51,766 nucleotides of DNA. Origin: Candidatus Nanopelagicaceae bacterium (GTDB taxonomy: Bacteria > Actinomycetota > Actinomycetes > Nanopelagicales > Nanopelagicaceae). The translations under genes and the position numbers were made by a program. Positions 48,134 to 51,766 of this stretch are shown here, piece after piece. The notes beneath the pieces were generated by a model. The model was given only the letters and a program-made list of their open reading frames with translations, was not told the origin of the DNA and did no database searches. How positions within the stretch are numbered: the first letter of the stretch is position 1; every line of letters begins with the position of its first letter. The stretch spans positions 1 to 51,766 of the forward strand of contig CAWURN010000004.1 of assembly GCA_963924835.1 (NCBI GenBank). The letters are read 5' to 3'.

Positions 48134-48985
48134 TTACTTTAAGAACGGCGCTCCTGCAGCAGAAGTTAGCCACTTATTAGTGATCTTTTCCAATTCCCCA
48201 CTTTTGCGAACTGCCTCTAGCGCGTTAGTCACGCAAACGGTGATTGGGTTGTCCTTTGCAAGAAGCAGACCGGCGCCTTCATCAGCTGAACTTGAGTTCT
48301 CAAGTTGGCCAACAATAATTCCGTTCTCTACTTCAACTGCTGAAAGGTAGAAAGCTGTTGGTAGATCAACAACGAAGCCATCAATTTGACCATTCTTGAG
48401 AGCCGCAACTCCAGCCGCATTGTCATTGAAAACTTGAGGCTTTAGGCCAAGAACATTTTCTACAGCATCTAGCGAAGTTGTTCCGACAGCAGCACCAATC
48501 TTTGCATTAGCTGCCTTGATGTCTGCAATTGACTTTGCTCCGGCAATCTTGCTTCCCTTGAAGGAAACGATTGATTGGTTTGACTTGTAATAAGAAGTTG
48601 AGAAATCAACAACCTTGGCACGTTCTGCAGTAATTGAGTATTGCTGAATGTTGAAGTCAAAGTTCTTTGGTCCTGGCGCAATTGCACCGTCGAATGTAGT
48701 GCGAACCCACTTCACATTCTCATTCTTGTAACCAAGTTCCTTTGCAACTGCGTAGGCAACTGCTGCTTCAAAACCTTCGCCCGATTCTGGCTTGTCATTT
48801 AGAACCCATGGAGAATATGCAGGTTCGCCAGTTGCAATAGTTAGAACTTCTGGTGTCACTGTTGAAAGAGCGCCAGCCTTGCATTCTGTTGAAGCAGTTG
48901 CCGACTTGGAATCGTCTGAAGATCCACAGCTTGTCAGCAATAGTGCCGCAATCGCCAACGGTGCAAATAACTTAAGTTTTTTCAT
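48134..48985 (-). CDS. Amino acid ABC transporter substrate-binding lipoprotein (family 3)
   Basis: Start MKKLK at 48985 with SD GGAAGG, lipobox LTSC, SITAERAKVVDFS. Confidence 0.88.
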   Translation of the reverse strand: MKKLKLFAPLAIAALLLTSCGSSDDSKSATASTECKAGALSTVTPEVLTIATGEPAYSPWVLNDKPESGEGFEAAVAYAVAKELGYKNENVKWVRTTFDGAIAPGPKNFDFNIQQYSITAERAKVVDFSTSYYKSNQSIVSFKGSKIAGAKSIADIKAANAKIGAAVGTTSLDAVENVLGLKPQVFNDNAAGVAALKNGQIDGFVVDLPTAFYLSAVEVENGIIVGQLENSSSADEGAGLLLAKDNPITVCVTNALEAVRKSGELEKITNKWLTSAAGAPFLK

Positions 48986-49092
48986 GATGTGCCTTCCACT
49001 TCCACGTTTAACAAACATTGGGATTCCCCGAATTCGGGAATTCTAAGGAGGGCAGCTGTTTAATGTCTAGTTGCTAATTAATTGCAGAAGAA

Positions 49093-50805
49093 TTAATTGT
49101 GTTCGCGCCAGGCTGAGGTAATTGGCAATCTGCGATCTTTACCGAAGGCCCGCTTAGAAATCTTGGTCCCTGGTGGATATTGGCGCCGCTTATATTCGGC
49201 GGCATCAACCATTCGAATAATTTTAGTCGCCAGCTCTAAGTCAAAGCCCGCAGCCAATATGCCAGCCAGCCCCAAATCTTGGTCAATATAAATTTGAAGA
49301 ATCTGATCAAGAATCAAATAATCTGGAAGTGAGTCGGTGTCCTTCTGCCCGGGGCGAAGTTCAGCACTTGGTTCTTTGGAAATTGAATTCGCCGGAATTG
49401 GTGGAGTCTCACCGTTCTTAGCTGCTTGCTCATTTCGCCATTTGGCCAAGGCCCAAACATCTGATTTAAACAAATCTTTGATTGGCGCATATCCCCCAAC
49501 GGCGTCGCCATACATTGTTGAATATCCAACGGCCAGTTCTGATTTATTTCCAGTTGCAAGAACTAGATGTCCTTCTTGATTTGAAAGCCCCATCAAAGTT
49601 GTCCCACGAACTCGGGCTTGAACATTCTCTTCAGCCAGACCAGTTAGCCCAAGTTGGCTAAGGAAAGTTGAAACCATTGGCTCTATTTCGATTACTCGAT
49701 AATTCAAAGCAAGATTATTTGCCAGTTCTGCCGCATCAGTGAGTGAGTGATCGGATGAATATCTACTTGGCAGGCCAACTCCAAATACTCGGTCGGCACC
49801 GATTGCATCAACTGCAATTGTTGCGACTATCGCGGAATCGATGCCACCAGATAAGCCAAGAATGATGCTCTTGAAATTGTTTTTCTCGACGTAGTCCCGA
49901 AGTCCGATAACTAAAGCCTGCCAGGTCTGAGAGAAGTTGCTCATTGGATGGGCAATTCCGTGAGTTATTTTTTCATAAGCCGGAAGTGGGTCTTGTGAAA
50001 TAACTACATCTGGCGTTGAACTTCCAAGGCGCAGATCTAAATCAACAACCATCAGACCATCAAAGAATTGTGGGGCTCTTGCAATGATGTCGCCATTGGC
50101 AGTTGCGACAATGCTGTCACCGTCAAAAACTAAATCGTCTTGGGCGCCAGTCATATTTACATATGCCAATGGGGCGCCAATATCTTTTGCGCGCTTTCGA
50201 ACTAGCGATTGGCGAATATCTTCTTTCGCTCGTTCATAAGGACTTCCATTTGGGACTAGGACCAAACCAGGAGTTCGGGCTTTTAATTCTGCAACTGGTC
50301 CATCATCGACCCAGATATCTTCACAAATTGCGATGCCAATATCGACGCCATGAAACCTGACAACTAATGAGCGATCACCGGCGACGAAATTCCTAAACTC
50401 ATCGAAGACGCCATAGTTAGGGAGATGATGCTTGATATATGTAGCAACAACTTCGCCGCGATGAACTAAGGCAACTGCATTCTGTGGTTTCTGTTCCGCG
50501 CTGCCATCTAAATAACCAATGACTGCGAGCATTTCACCGAAACCTAAATCTGCTAAGCGATCAGCAATATCTAAAACTGCGGCCTTGCTGGCTATTCTGA
50601 AAGTTTGTCGGAGTGCTAAATCTTCAACTGGATATCCAGTCATAACCATTTCCGGAAAGAGCAAAACATGAGCCCCAGCAGTTTTTGCCTTCTCGGCATA
50701 TTCCAAAATCAAAGCGCTATTGCCAGTTAAATCACCGAGTGTTGGGTTGATTTGGGCAAGGGCAATTCGCAGCTGGCCAATAGCTAGAGCGCTGTTATTT
50801 CCCAT
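49093..50805 (-). CDS. nadE: Glutamine-dependent NAD+ synthetase
   Basis: Nitrilase domain (FPE, LPNYGVFDE, ICED) plus SGGIDS, TGNKSE and PSAEL. Confidence 0.95.
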   Translation of the reverse strand: MGNNSALAIGQLRIALAQINPTLGDLTGNSALILEYAEKAKTAGAHVLLFPEMVMTGYPVEDLALRQTFRIASKAAVLDIADRLADLGFGEMLAVIGYLDGSAEQKPQNAVALVHRGEVVATYIKHHLPNYGVFDEFRNFVAGDRSLVVRFHGVDIGIAICEDIWVDDGPVAELKARTPGLVLVPNGSPYERAKEDIRQSLVRKRAKDIGAPLAYVNMTGAQDDLVFDGDSIVATANGDIIARAPQFFDGLMVVDLDLRLGSSTPDVVISQDPLPAYEKITHGIAHPMSNFSQTWQALVIGLRDYVEKNNFKSIILGLSGGIDSAIVATIAVDAIGADRVFGVGLPSRYSSDHSLTDAAELANNLALNYRVIEIEPMVSTFLSQLGLTGLAEENVQARVRGTTLMGLSNQEGHLVLATGNKSELAVGYSTMYGDAVGGYAPIKDLFKSDVWALAKWRNEQAAKNGETPPIPANSISKEPSAELRPGQKDTDSLPDYLILDQILQIYIDQDLGLAGILAAGFDLELATKIIRMVDAAEYKRRQYPPGTKISKRAFGKDRRLPITSAWREHN

Positions 50806-50926
50806 GTGACTAGCCTACCTGCATCGTAATTGGTTCCACTTTTCGTTATAGTTAGCGTTAGTTCAAGCACCAACCAGGGACCGAAATTCGGCTTTGAGTT
50901 CGTGACATTGGATCTAGGAGCCTTAC

Positions 50927-51730
50927 ATGTCTCAAAATAATCGAATCTCGATTTCAGATTTAGCTGCCTTAAAAAAACGCGGCGAAAAATGGGCGATGCT
51001 CACTTCTTACGAACAGATGACTGCCGAGATTTTTGATGAGGCCCAGATTCCAGTTCTATTGGTTGGCGATTCTGCAGGCAATAATTTTCTTGGTGAAGAG
51101 AACACAATCCCCGTAACGGTTGATGAATTAATTCCACTAGCCCGCGCAGTTGTTAGATCCACTTCTCGTGCAATGGTTGTAGCCGACTTTCCATTTGGGT
51201 CTTATGAATCAGGGCCGGATGCCGCACTTGCAACTGGAATTAGATTCTTTAAAGAGGCGAAGGCCCACGCCGTTAAATTAGAAGGTGGCGCAAAAGTTGT
51301 TCCCCAAATAAAGCGATTGGTAGAAGCAGGCATTCCAGTAATGGGACACCTTGGCCTGACCCCACAATCTGTTCATGCCCTTGGTGGTTTTAAAGTTCAG
51401 GGTCGCGGCGAAGATGGCGCCCGAATCCTTGCTGATGCCAAAGCCCTGGAGGTCGCTGGAGTATTTGCACTTGTCTTGGAATTAGTACCAGAAGAATTAG
51501 CAACTCAAATTTCAAAAGAACTTTCCATTCCAGTAATTGGAATTGGCGCAGGAGTTGGCTGCGATGCCCAAGTCTTGGTCTGGACTGATTTGATGGGAAT
51601 CACCAAGAGCGCTCCAAAATTGGCTAAGGCCTACCGGAACTTGCGGCTTGAGATGCTAGAAGCCGCTAAAGAATTTGCAGTGGATGTTTCTTGTGGGCAA
51701 TTCCCTGGCCCAGAACAAACTTTTCACTAA
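50927..51730 (+). CDS. panB: 3-methyl-2-oxobutanoate hydroxymethyltransferase
   Basis: LLVGDS, VKLEGG, GHLGLTPQS and IGIGAG motifs; SD AGGAG. Confidence 0.95.
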   Translation: MSQNNRISISDLAALKKRGEKWAMLTSYEQMTAEIFDEAQIPVLLVGDSAGNNFLGEENTIPVTVDELIPLARAVVRSTSRAMVVADFPFGSYESGPDAALATGIRFFKEAKAHAVKLEGGAKVVPQIKRLVEAGIPVMGHLGLTPQSVHALGGFKVQGRGEDGARILADAKALEVAGVFALVLELVPEELATQISKELSIPVIGIGAGVGCDAQVLVWTDLMGITKSAPKLAKAYRNLRLEMLEAAKEFAVDVSCGQFPGPEQTFH

Positions 51731-51766
51731 TTAATTAAATAGATTATCCCCGTGCTCAAAAAGCTT

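Noticed and set aside
49023-49041. Palindrome CCCGAATTCGGG upstream of the ABC substrate-binding gene
   Set aside because: Could be a 5' hairpin, operator or nadE terminator, but it has no U tract, no second copy and no riboswitch consensus, so it cannot be assigned.
1-51766. CRISPR arrays, tRNA/rRNA, IS or prophage, defence systems
   Set aside because: No regularly spaced repeats, transposase, integrase or phage genes were seen, and the intergenic gaps are too short. This is by-eye inspection only; tRNAscan and CRISPR finders were not run.

Overview
Gene-dense chromosomal segment of a streamlined actinobacterium with low GC for the phylum. Gene content and order (SigA, SepH, PASTA kinase, class II DAHP synthase, SAM-IV riboswitch, CrtA/CruF carotenoid genes) suggest the freshwater acI lineage (Ca. 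Planktophila/Nanopelagicales); this is an inference. No mobile elements, rRNA, tRNA or CRISPR arrays were seen. Contents in order: the 5' part of dnaE2 (missed by the ORF track) behind a combined LexA/PafBC-type promoter; a split carotenoid cluster; a TPP-type riboswitch with a PnuC transporter and a P-loop kinase; pknL-nfo-EamA-ltaE; ogt, aroG, PPi-type PFK, xylB; rplS-lepB-rnhB-yraN-comM-dprA-era; sepH; pseudouridine catabolism genes; topo IV-like parC/parE; sigA; SAM-IV-metY-metX; a polar amino acid ABC transporter with a formylglutamate amidohydrolase; nadE and panB. Best novel candidate: the TPP-like riboswitch at about 14161-14244 keeps its pyrimidine-sensing arm, but its pyrophosphate-sensing internal loop is replaced by a continuous 8-bp helix. 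It sits upstream of a PnuC transporter plus a uridine/NR-kinase-like enzyme, suggesting a system that senses, imports and phosphorylates unphosphorylated thiamine or a B1 precursor. Other notable items: a ParC with no C-terminal pinwheel domain, widespread leaderless promoters (including a 24-bp bidirectional one) and an acidic tail on L19.
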